A stretch of 64,000 bases of DNA, from NCBI RefSeq assembly GCF_006345805.1, contig NC_042998.1:97898001-97962000 (forward strand), in the 5' to 3' direction. The stretch comes from Octopus sinensis. Lineage: Eukaryota. The stretch's first letter is position 1. Each line of letters starts with the position of its first letter. Positions 38,344 to 51,098 of this stretch are shown piece after piece. The notes beneath the pieces were generated by a model, which made no database searches, had not been told where the DNA came from, and saw only the letters and a program-made list of their open reading frames with translations. The position numbers and the translations under genes were made by a program.

Positions 38344-40558
38344 TATTGACCGCAATTTCTTCCACGCTACACAGTAAAGCATTAGGTTACTTTCTCGTGT
38401 GGTTAAAGGGCTCTTTTTGGTCACACAAAAATTAACGTGTTTTCCTCAGAAATATTGGCTTATGCTAAAATATGTGGGGAAAAAAATTACTTTGAATGAG
38501 TCGAAGGGTTGATGAGGATTTTTCAAAGATGTATTTTGGGAACTCATTTCTTGTGAGAAATATAACATCGAATATTTTTGATGCTGGTCCAAAAACCAAC
38601 TGTGGTGCGTCATGAGCAAATTGCAGCCCGAGGGACTCTCTGAATAGCATGTTTAACAAAAAATTACCTTGAATATTTTTAGTAGTGTGATCCGCATGTA
38701 GATAAGCCTTATCTCATGCAGCCCACTTCTTGTAAAATGTTGTTCATGCCTGTTCTACGGAACCATTCAATCTGTCTATTCCTCATAATGTATCTAGTGT
38801 GACAACTATACTATTTCTATATATATTTTTTAAATGGACACCATACATAATGTAGTCTAAGATACACTGTTAAAACAGGATTGCCATGGTAGGAATGGTT
38901 TTGATTATAAGTTTACCCATTGAAGGTTAACCTGAATTCAAATTACAACATCGTCCTCAGGCTAAGAAAACTAGATTCTTAATAATATGTTTGTGTGAAT
39001 CAGAGAATGATTTACCACAGATATCACTCTGATATCGCTTCTCTTCTTTATGTCTACGTTTGTGTTTAGTTGATTCGCTACTTTCAGATAAGGATTTACC
39101 ACAGTAAGTCGAATATCGGTTAATTAGTGGTGACATCCCCTACTTTTATTGAGTTATATTTATGGTCCAACATCCAAGTCTTTTAACTTTTTTTACATCA
39201 CACATCACAGAGAAATATGTTGATGTCACAGACAAGCGGAACTTTGTTCCTTATCACCATAAATCGATATCATATTCTTTGTTTATGGAACTTGTATTGC
39301 TTTGTATTATTTCTTTACTTTAAGTAGCCGCTATTTACGATGTTAACAACCTCTATTAACGTTTTCGACTAAAATGAATAGATTGCTTCAACAATTTGCA
39401 ACCTATAAAATATACCAAGTGAAAATTTAAAACTGTCTTCTAATAAAAAGTGAATATACTGGAAATGGTTGGTGGGGATGGTTGGTTTCTTTATACTCCA
39501 TCGTACAAAAATAAAACTGTAGTATTTAATGAAACAACTGTTTTAAAGGAAGGCTAGAAGTGAATTAACAGAAGACATCACTGTTTCATATGTGGTACGC
39601 ATTTATCCGTCGACGCAATAGTGACGCAACAGTGCTGATGTTAATAACAGTTAACTGAAGGAAAATTATTCATCTTTTATGTATCTTCATTTCAAGTATA
39701 CTATCGTTTACAATCGAATTCTCAAAACTATATCGATTTACCTTGTATCAATTCACATCGATTGGATTTTAGGACAGTGGTGAGGAAATTGATTAAACAT
39801 GGTCACAGTATAACCACGATCTCATGCAACCTTAAGTTAACACAACGCTCATTTATTAAATAGTACTCAGCCTGCTTACAGCAATCACATATATTTATTC
39901 TCGGCTTATTGAAAGCTTGGTAGATTAATCCAGTGTGAGTTAAGTACCTTAGTCATAGAAACATTAAAGCATAGGTAATGGATTATGGGCCATCGGCACC
40001 ATTATCTCACCATTACCTTATATAATGACTGAAGAACTGGCTCATTAGTAATGTGGATTTTGAATTTAGAGTTTAAATTTATTCAAAGCAAAAGACTACC
40101 TGTCTACATTTAAAAATATTTGTATCGTCTTCTATTCTCACATCAGTAGGTTCCGGATCATGTAATAACCACTTAGGAATATAAATGGAAGCTAGGGGAA
40201 ATTAATTCAGAATTTCGATTCAAGAAAACCATGGCATTATTAAAAAAAAAAATTTTTTGCTTTATTTCAGCTGTTTTCATTTCATAACTTGTGATATCTA
40301 ATCCCAAAGTATGTAAACTGAACCTATAAGAAGTGAGTGTCTTGGGCATAAACACAATAGTTATAAAAGGATACAGAATTGTCAATTTTAATATTTTAAT
40401 ATCATCCAATTTAAAATCTAGTATTAGTTGGTCTGATTTTCTTTTGTTATATTAAACAGTATGAAAAAGAACTCAAGGTAATTTTTTAAAATAATTTAAA
40501 GGAACAATCAACAATGATTCAGTAACATTTAAAATGTCTGTGCATATGAGAATACACA

Positions 40559-40589
<31 letters not shown>

Positions 40590-40631
40590 CCACACACACA
40601 CACTCACACACACACACACACACACACACAC

Positions 40632-40665
<34 letters not shown>

Positions 40666-40671
40666 TATTTA

Positions 40672-41175
40672 CAGGGTGCGATGGGTAGATTGTCACTATT
40701 TTATATTTTTAATTTCACGCATACGCATTGTTTGTTTTTGATTTTGTCAACTACACAGTATAGTAGGTTCAGTTGGGCACCGTCTGTCAGAAAAACAGCA
40801 CCATGACGCAATTCACTCTGTCAGAAATTTGGGAACCTCATGCTGTACTACTTGGCACTCGTGTCGAAAGCTCTAATACGAACATTTCTGGGTGTTTAGG
40901 TGTCAATCTGAGGATTCGGAAAGAGTTGAATGAGTCTAATGGTGATTATGAAGGTATGGCAACTCGGAAAACTCACTCTGATCGTTCTGATAAGAACTCC
41001 TGAATTTGTTGGTGAGATCCATGCCATGATTGACAACGACTCCTCCAAGTCAATCAGGTCCATCGCCAGGGACATGGGACAGTCTGAGTTTCTTATCAGG
41101 CGGGTAGTGCATGAAGACATTCGATATTGCTCATATATGATGAGAAGGGGCCAATTTTTATCCCAAGCCATATGC
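40672..41175 (+). mobile_element. Tc1/mariner (maT-like) 5' fragment
   Basis: TA-CAGGGTG start; RTPEFVGEIHAMIDNDSSKSIRSIARDMGQSEFLIRRVVHEDIRYCSY (second HTH); no right TIR seen. Confidence 0.75.
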
Positions 41176-42400
41176 AATTTTTATCCCAAGCCAACACATA
41201 TGCTTGTGTTTATAAGTTCATTTACATTTATATTCATTTATTTGTATGTGTATATGTATGAATGCATGCATGTAAATTTTTTTATGGGCACATGTATGTG
41301 AATTGTGCATAAATGTGTATGTATGCGACTGTCAGCACGCATTTTTTTGCATATGATTCTGTACGCATACGTTTTTTGTATGTGTGGATCTGATTCCGTG
41401 TTATTGCACACAATTGCAGCTTCAATTTAATACCATTTCAAGTATATCGATGCAAACACGTTATTTACTCTGACCAACTCTGCTGGCGATATAAGTATTT
41501 TCATTTAGATGAAATTACATACTAAGCAACATATAACTTCATTAACAAACACGTACTTCTTCGGATGAAGTGTTTACAAGTTGCCTGTCAAATATTATAT
41601 TACTCAGTGCGATTGATTTTTATTGCTTACACATTTACAATGCTTCATATTTATAACATGATTGTGAGATGTTCACACCTTTCCCAAACACATTAACAGC
41701 TTATACGAAACGAAATAGCATAAACCAGAAACTGAATAAAACCGGCTCGTGAACTCGAATTGTTAGGAACTTACTAATTAATAATACTAGTAAACAAAAT
41801 AGAGAGGGAGCCTCTACGCGAGCTAACGAGGCAGTATCCATAAGTTAATGTGGGAACCTTTAATCGATCACTTGACCTTCTAAAAATAGAAACCAAATAC
41901 CCCCAGTTCAAGCTCTATTCTCTTAAAAACAAGAATGCTATAGATAATATAAATCTGAAAACAATGTTTTGATAAGAAGATAGATGGTTATAACGAGAAC
42001 ATTTTGATCACGGATCTACTCATGGAGTGGATCTCAGTAACAACAAAATGCCAGGACAAATATTGATTTCTTACAAACGAAATGCTTCATATTTTTGTAT
42101 AGGAGAGTGAAAAATATATTTCGTGACATTTGCAACTTTGTCTGATATCTATAATAATTTATTGGATAAATTTTCATTTCTTTTATCCATCTCTTTGATG
42201 ACCACTAAAAGAGAGAGAGGGGGAGGGAGAGTAGATGATAGAATCCATAGAAAACTAACGAAGCCAAGGGTACTCAATACCACAGATGATGAGTTGTTTG
42301 CCTTTATTGCTAATCTGTGCCCACGCGTCTGTAACTAGTAATATCATGTGGTGTTTTACACCACTTGCGACACCTGGTTAGTACTGTATTTCAATGGTTT

Positions 42401-42475
42401 GCATACGGCGTAGTGGTTAAGAGCGCAGGCTACTAACCCCTAGATTCCGAGTTCGATTCCAGACAGTAATCTGAA

Positions 42476-42546
<71 letters not shown>

Positions 42547-42700
42547 TCGAAAAATACCTTAGGAATGAGAACCCAGATTCGAAATTTCCCCAAGGCACCT
42601 GATGAAAGCTGGCGGGTATATCAGCCGAAACGTTGTGTTAACAACAAACAAGATGAGGACAAATATCTGTCAATTGTAAATAATGTACATAATTCCTCAT
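42401..42700 (+). mobile_element. tRNA-headed SINE family D with (AAT)n spacer and hammerhead-bearing tail
   Basis: CGGCGTAGTGG A box, GTTCGATTCC B box, (AAT)n 42474-42545, tail with CTGATGA...GAAACGTT. Confidence 0.8.
42594..42639 (+). ncRNA. Minimal type I hammerhead in SINE tail
   Basis: GGCAC|CTGATGA|A|AGCTG-loop-CAGCC|GAAA|CG|TT|GTGTT; palindromic AACGTT stem III, GUU site; first stem II pair is an A-C mismatch. Confidence 0.7.
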
Positions 42701-42729
42701 TTCTTAAATGTAGAATATAAATAATGTTT

Positions 42730-43010
42730 GTGGATCTTTTGAGGCCTCCGTTAGATTTGCAGACCTTATGGCATACATAGCATTGAAAAGTGTGCGCAGA
42801 TATATCGGCAGAGTAGTTAGTGGGGGGTTGTTTTTCATGGGTCCGCAAATAAGATTTGAGCCCAGCAAAAGGTCGCTCTGATTCACTTTCTCAATCGCAA
42901 CATACTTCTTTAAATCTCTCTTGAGTCTTGCATGTATCATCTTGGTCTCCTCAAAAGCGTTCACTCCACCCCATACTTTTGTTCGCCATCCAGCTCGATC
43001 CAAAGCAAAG
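42730..43010 (-). pseudogene. RTE-clade LINE C-terminus with C2H2-like finger
   Basis: LDRAGWRTKVWGGVNAFEE and FQCYVCHKVCKSNGGLKR. Confidence 0.75.
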
Positions 43011-43532
43011 GTTTCAACCTTACAGTTGTAAGGAATAATTATTTGTATACAGCACTAAGCGATACAAAAAGAAAAAGCCTTTGCAGCTATCAAGACAGAT
43101 GTAGCGCAAAGAGATGGGAAAAGGTCCTTGAAAGACAGAACACAAACGTGTCTTGTTTGGTCAGCAGCAGTCTGAAAAAGAACGATGCGCTTTGACTGGA
43201 CACCGGTCATGTGGTAGGAGAGAGGGAGAGTGGCGGAGGGACTAAGAAATGAGAGAGGGAAAGAGAGAGAGGCAGAAGTGTAAGAGAGAGGGAAGGAGAG
43301 GGGACAAGGTCCAAGAGAGACAAAAAGAAAAAAATAGAGAAGAAAATGCGGGGAAGAAAGAGTCGCACTACAAATATTCGGGGAATATTTTTTACAGTTA
43401 AGTAAACAAACATTGCACGGTACAAGGAACATTCGTAGCTGATTTTCTTATCAGTTTCTGAGACAACATAGCGGTTTCACGCTATTTAAAACCAAGACCA
43501 CTGTTATCTAACGGGAGCGCCAGGTATGTATG

Positions 43533-43563
<31 letters not shown>

Positions 43564-43714
43564 CGTATGCATATATATTAAAGACATGAAATTGTTATGA
43601 ATTTTGGACTATAACTCATGAGGAAAGAGTATATTTAGGTCTTGTGTGTGAATTTTCCATTTGTTTCTTTGTTGTCCTTCTGTGCCATGTTTGAATCTGA
43701 TATATATATTTACG

Positions 43715-43886
<172 letters not shown>

Positions 43887-44089
43887 TCACAAGTCAGTGA
43901 ACAGCAATGACGACACACACCGGTTTGACTTTGAATTTCCTTAACAATTCAAAACAATGAATTTAATTCCTCTGAATTCTACCTCAGTTCATCTTATTGT
44001 ATTTATTTATCGCTACTTCTCATAAAAAAGCCTTTATTTTTTTGATATGATATTCAATGTGCATTTTCGCTTTTTTCTTCTTACTTTCC

Positions 44090-44171
<82 letters not shown>

Positions 44172-44177
<6 letters not shown>

Positions 44178-45412
44178 ATTATAAAAGGCAGATTTTATCT
44201 GCCTCCCCTTGGGAGTTATACAAATCTACAATATAGGATTTCTTCAATTACAATTTACCTAGCATTTTTGAGAGTACAATGCATCGCGTCATGCCAGGTC
44301 CAGTTTTTAAAATTTAAACTCCAATTAAGCAAAATTTACAGAAAACTCACATTCTGGTGTGTGTGTCAAATGCTTTTCTTAGTCTGGTTTACACCACACG
44401 CAAACGCACACACACACAAAGGGAGCGAATTGTTTCACTGACGCTATCACCCTTCTCCTCCTTTGTCTTTGCAAGTTTGCAGCTATTAAAGTGAAAACAG
44501 CGATAAAGAAAACGAATTGGTACCTGAATGGAGTGAAAATTTAAAAACTGTTTCTTTCGGTGAGTTTTCTGAAGAAACTGGACCAAGCCACAGACTTTTC
44601 CAGAAGAGTAAAGCCTTAGACTATTTCTATTTACTTTTTCGAATGAGCCTATTTGAAATCATTACGCTAAACGTAAACAAACCGAAAGAAAGGATAGTTT
44701 GTTATTTCCCACAACCTTAAATGAAATTAAGGCCTATTTTGCCATAAATATTATTATGGGTATCAGAAAGTTACCCAGAATAACAAATTCTATCGTAAAA
44801 TTTTGTTGTATACCCAATTGAATATTAGCTAATAACCCATTTTCTATAGCGATGTTTGAACAAAATTTTAATAATTTTACAGAAAGTTACCCAGAATAAC
44901 AAATTCTATCGTAAAATTTTGTTGTATACCCAATTGAATATTAGCTAATAACCCATTTTCTATAGCGATGTTTGAACAAAATTTTAATAATTTTACAGAA
45001 AGTTACCCAGAATAACAAATTCTATCGTAAAATTTTGTTGTATACCCAATTGAATATTAGCTAATAACCCATTTTCTATAGCGATGTTTGAACAAAATTT
45101 TAATAATTTTACAGAAAGTTACCCAGAATAACAAACGAGCCCTTCTGGGTATTAGCGCATCTACGATGAGTCTACGATTTAAAAAAAAATTACCATCATA
45201 TTTTTCCATTTTAATGCATTTTTTTCGCTTTTATATAAGGGAAGTAACTCTCTAAAAATATCTACGATGTGTCAACGATTTAAAGAAAAATTTACCTTGA
45301 TTTTTTTTCAATTTTTAATGCATTTTTTTGCTACTTTTTGGCTATAACTCTCTAAAAATGCTTATATAGTTATTTCCCTTACAACCCGAGCAATGCCGGG
45401 CGATACTGCTAG
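44172..45412 (+). mobile_element. Non-autonomous Helitron H1
   Basis: TTATTATAAAAGGCAG head; 3' CCCG/CGGG hairpin then CTAG 45409-45412. Confidence 0.88.
44764..45135. repeat. 116-bp tandem repeat, 3.2 apparently identical copies
   Basis: CAGAAAGTTACCCAG at 44764, 44880, 44996, 45112. Confidence 0.97.
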
Positions 45413-45819
45413 TCTTATTATAAAAGGCAGATTTTATCTGCCTCCCTTTGTCAGTTATAGAAATCTACAATATAGGATTTCTTCAATTACAATTTACTTA
45501 GTATTTTTAAGAGTAGAATGCATCGGGTTTTGCCAGGTCCACTTTTTAAAATTTAAACTCCAATTAAGCAAAATTTACAGAAAACTCACATTCTGGTGTG
45601 TATGTCAAATGCTTTTCTTAATGTGTTTTACACCACACGCACACGCACACACACAGTGTGCAACGAATAAAATGAAAGTAATTCACCTTTTGTAGTGAGT
45701 GACTCTTTCAGTCTGCCACTTCCTCTTTACACACATAGACACGCAAATATATAAATAAAATTGTAAGCTAACGTGCGTGTGTGTGAGTGTGTGTGTGCGT
45801 GTGTGTGAGTGTGAGGGTG

Positions 45820-45859
<40 letters not shown>

Positions 45860-45915
45860 CGTGTGCGTGAGTGTGTGACAGGAAAGTATTTTAGGACGAA
45901 TATAAGACCTATATC

Positions 45916-46360
45916 GGCGATGTTTCGCTTGTCGTAGCACAGGTTTCCGTCGATTTCCGTAAAAAACTTTTATTTTTTTACATAAGTAATGAGAGCGAAA
46001 GAGACTAAGAGAAAGCGATTGTATGACGAGGGAAGTTCTTTTGAAGTTACCGTGCATGGGACGCATTGATGTACATGTGTGTGTGTGTGTGTTTGATGGA
46101 GTGTGGGAGACAGACAGTATGTTGTGTAAGTGAAGTGCTTCTGTTAGTGTGTGTGAAGAGACAGAGAGAGTAATGTGTGAAAGAGAGAGATAACTGAAAT
46201 TTGTTACTCGGTTTATGTGTATATGTATGTATGCATGTATGTGTGTGTGTGTGTGTATGTATGTGTGTGTGTATGTATGTATGTATGTATGGCCGATTCA
46301 GTGTTTACATTTTTTACGGAAATCGACGGAAACGTGTGCTACGACAAGCGAAACATCGCC
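45916..46360. repeat. 51-bp inverted repeat pair inside H2
   Basis: 45916-45966 is the reverse complement of 46310-46360 with one mismatch. Confidence 0.9.
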
Positions 46361-46377
46361 CCTATATCCAAGTAGCA

Positions 46378-46846
46378 GAAAGATCGCCAAAAGTGTATAT
46401 AGATATTTAAATGTATTTATATATTCATCTATACACAGATGTATGTATAATGTGTGTGTATATATTTCATACACGTAACCATTCACTCCGCACAAAGTTT
46501 TTTAGGACGAAAATAAGATCTAAAGTTATCTCTAAGTAGCACAGAGATCGCCCAAAAGTGTATATAGATATATAAATGTATTTATATATTCATCTATGCA
46601 CACATGTATGTATAACGTGTGTGTATATATTTCCATAGAGGTAACCATTCACTCCATACAAAGTTTTTTAGCACGAAAATAAGATCTAAAGTTATCTCTA
46701 AGAAACAGAAAGATCGCCCAAAAGTGTATATAGATATTTAAATGTATTTATATATTCATCTATACACACATGTATGTATAATGTGCGTGTATATATTTCC
46801 ATAGAGGTTAACCATTCAATCCATACAAAGTTTTTTAGGACGAAAA
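46378..46846. repeat. ~165-bp tandem repeat, about 3 copies
   Basis: AGATCGCC(C)AAAAGTGTATATAGATAT near 46381, 46545, 46710. Confidence 0.93.
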
Positions 46847-47695
46847 TATTTATATATAAAAGAAAGGTTGTGTGTCTGTCTACTCCGATTTAGATTCCTA
46901 ACTACTCCCACATTTTGCGATGCAGTTTAACCAAAACCGGGTATCTTATAGTCGTGATTCATATCGAGCCCTTCTGGGTATTAGCGCGCGTCTACGATGA
47001 GTCTATGATTTTACAAATAATTTACCATCATTTTTTTCCATTTTAATGCATATTTTTAAAAATAAACGGAAGTAACTCTCAAACTTCACACCAATATGCG
47101 TGCTCATATGCGACGTAATATCACATCAGCAGCATTTCCTCACACCCTCCTTGCACTTGGCGAAGGCAAAATACCAGGGGATGAAAATGGTAATATTGCC
47201 ATCGATTCCATTTGTACCATTGTTAAGACGCCTTCTGATCTCAGAGATGCAGTGTTCCCAGATCTACAAGCTAATTATCAGAATATGGATTGGATTGGCA
47301 AAAAGGCTATACTGGCCCCGAGGAATAAAACTGTTCACCATATTAATGATGAAATGCTAAAACTCATTCCTGGGGAAGTCTATGTATATATCAGTCTATC
47401 GATACAACTCCTGACCCAGAGGACGTCATCAACTATCCAATAGAGGTACTCAATTCCTTTAAGCACCCCGGACTACCACCACACTTTCTCAAACTTAAAG
47501 TTGGTGCCCCTATAATGCTCATCAGAAATTTGGTTCCCCCAAAACAATGCAATGGCACACGTTTGATCGTTAAGTCCTTATCTCCCACCGTAAGCTTATA
47601 TCAATATTTGCCTGAATAATCATCATAATTCAGTGCAATCATTAACAGTACTTTCAAGCAATTCAGCCCCGAGCAACGCCGGGCAATTCTGCTAG
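46847..47695 (+). mobile_element. Helitron H3 carrying a helicase fragment
   Basis: TATTTATATATAAAAG head, CCCG/CGGG hairpin, CTAG|T at 47692-47696. Confidence 0.85.
47096..47590 (+). pseudogene. PIF1-family helicase fragment of Helitron RepHel
   Basis: LLALGEGK, AVFPD, AILAPRNKTVHHIN, NYPIEVLNS, GLPPHFLKLKVGAPIMLIRNL, CNGTRL; frameshift near 47390. Confidence 0.92.
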
Positions 47696-47711
47696 TATAT
47701 ATATATATATA

Positions 47712-48569
47712 TCTCTTATTATAAAAGGCAGATTTTATCTGCCTCCCTTTGTCACTTATAGAAATCTACAATATAGGATTTCTTCAATTACAATTTACCT
47801 AGCATTTTTAAGAGTAGAATGCATCGGGTCATGCCATGTCCACTTTTTAAAATTTAAACTCCAATTAAGCAAAATTTACAGAAAACTCACATTCTGGTGT
47901 GTATGTCAAATGCTTTTCTTAGTCTGGTTTACAGCACACGCAAACGCACACACACAGTGTGCAACGAATAAAGTGAAACTAATTCACTGTGTGTGTGTTG
48001 ACAGGTAGACAATAGAATGCGATGGCGATGGCGATGTAATATTTGTTTCTGTCTATCACGCTGATAGATACATGAGTAAAATGTATGGCAAGCTAAGAGA
48101 TAAGAGTGAGTGAAAATGTTCTTGGAAGAGAGTAAATAGCGACAGAGTGATTTGAGGAAGACTAAACTGAAAGTATGAAACAGTGTTTATGTATAAACAG
48201 ACGACACTTATATTATTTTAATAAATGTATGCATCCGTTTACACCCTTTCGTTACCAAACCGCCCGAATTTACCTATTCATATTTAAATGAGAATATCAG
48301 AGTAAATCTCTTTAGTACATTCGTGAAAACACGTATTATACTTCGTAAACACTTCAAATACAGTTTTGTATAAAAATCGAAGTGTAATTTTAATTCCGTG
48401 AATTATGGGAGATTTTTTTCCGAAATTTTTTCCTATTGTGTTTTCAAAATTTGTAATTCTGACAAAAAATGGATACGAATTTCATTATATCAAGCAGCGA
48501 GTCAGAATTCGAAGGATTTTCTACTGAAGACCTTCATAAATCTAACTCTATGACTGAAAAAAAAAAGCA
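47712..48569 (+). mobile_element. Helitron H4 (5' part)
   Basis: A|TCTCTTATTATAAAAGGCAG head shared with H1 and H2. Confidence 0.85.
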
Positions 48570-48962
48570 TCTTTATATAAGAGTGAAGTTGTGTGTCTGT
48601 CTCCTACGATTAGATTCGTAACTACTCCCACATTTTGCGGTGCAGTTTAACCAAAAGCGGGTATCTTATAGTCGTGATTCATATCGAGCCCTTCTGGGTA
48701 TTAGCGCGCGTCTACGATGAGTCTACGATTTAAAAAAAATTACCATCATATTTTTCCATTTTAATGCATTTTTTTCGCTTTTATATAAGGGAAGTAACTC
48801 TCTAAAAATATCTACGATGTGTCAACGATTTAAAAAAAAATTTACCTTAATTTTTTTTCAATTTTTAATGCATTTTTTTGCTATTTTTTGGCTATAACTC
48901 TCTAAAAATGCTTATATAGTTATTTCCCTTACAACCCGAGCAACGCCGGGCGATACTGCTAG
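48570..48962 (+). mobile_element. Complete 393-bp Helitron H5
   Basis: A|TCTTTATATAAG...CCCGAGCAACGCCGGG hairpin...CTAG|T; head shared with H3, tail shared with H1. Confidence 0.9.
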
Positions 48963-49261
48963 TATATATATATTATATATATAAACACATACAAACATCA
49001 CACACATTTAAATTTTCAATTACTTCTGGAATGCATCTTTCGTTAGTGCAGTTGCGATTCGTAAGTTAATTAATTTTAGAGGAAGAAAATAAATGCAGTA
49101 GTTGTATACTGTCAATTTAATGTGACAGTCCCATGAAGGGAATCACACCACCGCTATTTAGCCCTAGGAAGCATCAACGCTTCCTGTCGGCCTTGACACA
49201 TTTCCTGTGTACTTATGTTTACAAGGGGGAGACAAGCACTCCCACCCAGCTAAGCCTGCAG

Positions 49262-49301
49262 CCAGAGACTAGTTTCTGAGTCTTGCTCGTCATCAGTCTA
49301 G
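49262..49301 (-). ncRNA. Minimal type I hammerhead
   Basis: Minus: CTAGA|CTGATGA|CGAG-CAAGA-CTCA|GAAA|CTAG|TC|TCTGG; palindromic ACTAGT, GUC site; one stem II mismatch consistent with CpG decay. Confidence 0.72.
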
Positions 49302-49469
49302 AGTAGCATGGCTTTTTCTCTTTATTATAGGCACAAGGCCTGCATACAGAGAGGACATACAAAAATATGCAGGGACATAAAAACGAATAGAAAATGATAA
49401 TGAAAAGAATATAATTATGATGCAAATGAGACGGCCGTCTCGCCCCCGCTGCGAGACGAACCGTGAATA

Positions 49470-49605
49470 CCTTTACAATTACACTTTACAATTGACTTTC
49501 CGATTAAACTTTACAATTATACTTTACAATAAAAACTTTACAAACACACTTTATGATTAAACTTAACAATTAACTTTACAAATGCACTTTACGATTAACC
49601 TTAAA
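49470..49605. repeat. ~13-bp minisatellite (CTTTACAATTA.A), about 10 copies
   Basis: Direct sequence; hairpins on both sides. Confidence 0.85.
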
Positions 49606-49995
49606 ACAACCTCTAGTTTCGCTGCAATGCGAAACCGTTACCTTACAGTACATAAAATAAAGTAAGGTAAACAAAAACATAAGGATCGAGTACCGATCAA
49701 TATTATTTTTTAAAGATAAAGGACTATAAATGGTATATATCCAAATTCTATTAATTCTTTCAGAAGTAACACAATTAGATTGTTGCAATAAGAATACAAG
49801 CTATAAACTGTACAATACTATAAGAAATATTATTGTGGTAATTAAGTTTAGCTAGTAAGTCAAATAAAACTATTCATTTATTATTATCATTATCATTTTT
49901 ATGTTATAATATATTATATTATATTCATAGTATATTATGTTATATTATAATATAAATAAACCCCTAAAGAGTTTATTCGAACAAATCGACTACAG

Positions 49996-50286
49996 TAGTG
50001 CTACTCAAATTGGTGGTCTGCGAGCCATCAGCTGCCGGTGCAGGCGAGTTTCCAGAAAAGAAAGAAACATTATAAAATGCTTATAAAATGTTCATAAAAC
50101 GCTTATGTAATTTTGTATTATTTGTTTACAAAATAAATATAAAATAAAAATAATTGTCAACTTTTATTATATTCATTATATATATTGTTTCTGGTATAAA
50201 TTCATATTACTAAGAAATATTACTGGTCCCTGGCACATTGGGAAAAAACTGCCGGTACACCACATCAGATAGTTTGAAAAGCACTG
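49996..50286. mobile_element. hAT-type MITE (291 bp)
   Basis: TAGTGCTACTCAAATT ... AGTTTGAAAAGCACTG termini; 8-bp TSD GACTACAG / GACTACTG. Confidence 0.8.
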
Positions 50287-50313
50287 GACTACTGTACATT
50301 TTTTTAAGTATGG

Positions 50314-50572
50314 TACTTATTCTATTGATCTCTTTTGCCTAACTGCTAATATTACGAGGATATGAACAAACAAGCACCGGTGGCCAAACGCGCTGTGTGG
50401 GAGTGGCAGACAGAAACATGATCTCATACACGCACACACACATGACGGGCTTCCACACAGTTTCCGTCTATCGTTTCGGCTAGAGTAGAAGACACTTACC
50501 GAAGAGATCGCACAATGGTACTGAACTCGAAACAACGTAGTTGCAGAGCGAGCTTCTTAACCATACATATAC
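50314..50572 (-). mobile_element. SINE family B, deleted copy
   Basis: GTAGAAGACACTT, TTCCGTCTA and head blocks. Confidence 0.75.
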
Positions 50573-50645
50573 ACATATGTGTGCGCATGTGTATGTATGC
50601 ATATACGTGCGTACATGTATATTTATATTTATGTAAATGTGTGTG

Positions 50646-50739
<94 letters not shown>

Positions 50740-50757
50740 ACTCTCTCTCTCTCTCTC

Positions 50758-50846
<89 letters not shown>

Positions 50847-50850
<4 letters not shown>

Positions 50851-51098
50851 AAGAACTAGAATGCTACATCTTTAAAATTAGGTACGTTTAAATTTCTTTA
50901 TATAAATACATTAAAAATGCATGTTTCAGTTGTTTATAAACCTTATCAAAAATATGTACCTAAATGAAATATGTAGAAGAAAAAAATTATTAATAAAATT
51001 ATTAATAAAATAAACGTCAATAGAGTACTTTTCTTTTTCTTGCATGAAAATTAAATGTACCTAATTTTTAAAAAGTAGCATTTTCGTTCTTCTTTTTC
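50847..51098. repeat. MITE-like element with ~50-bp imperfect inverted ends
   Basis: AATGCTAC...AAAATTAGGTAC pairs with GTACCTAATTTT...GTAGCATT. Confidence 0.65.

Larger units (their letters stand above)
45413..46846 (+). mobile_element. Helitron H2 (5' part), directly abutting H1
   Basis: CTAG|TCTTATTATAAAAGGCAG junction; first ~240 bp nearly identical to the H1 and H4 heads. Confidence 0.85.

Noticed and set aside
42401-42473. tRNA-like sequence with ACT anticodon
   Set aside because: Acceptor stem does not pair; it is a SINE head
44764-45135. Regular repeats reminiscent of a CRISPR array
   Set aside because: No unique spacers; contiguous tandem units in eukaryotic DNA
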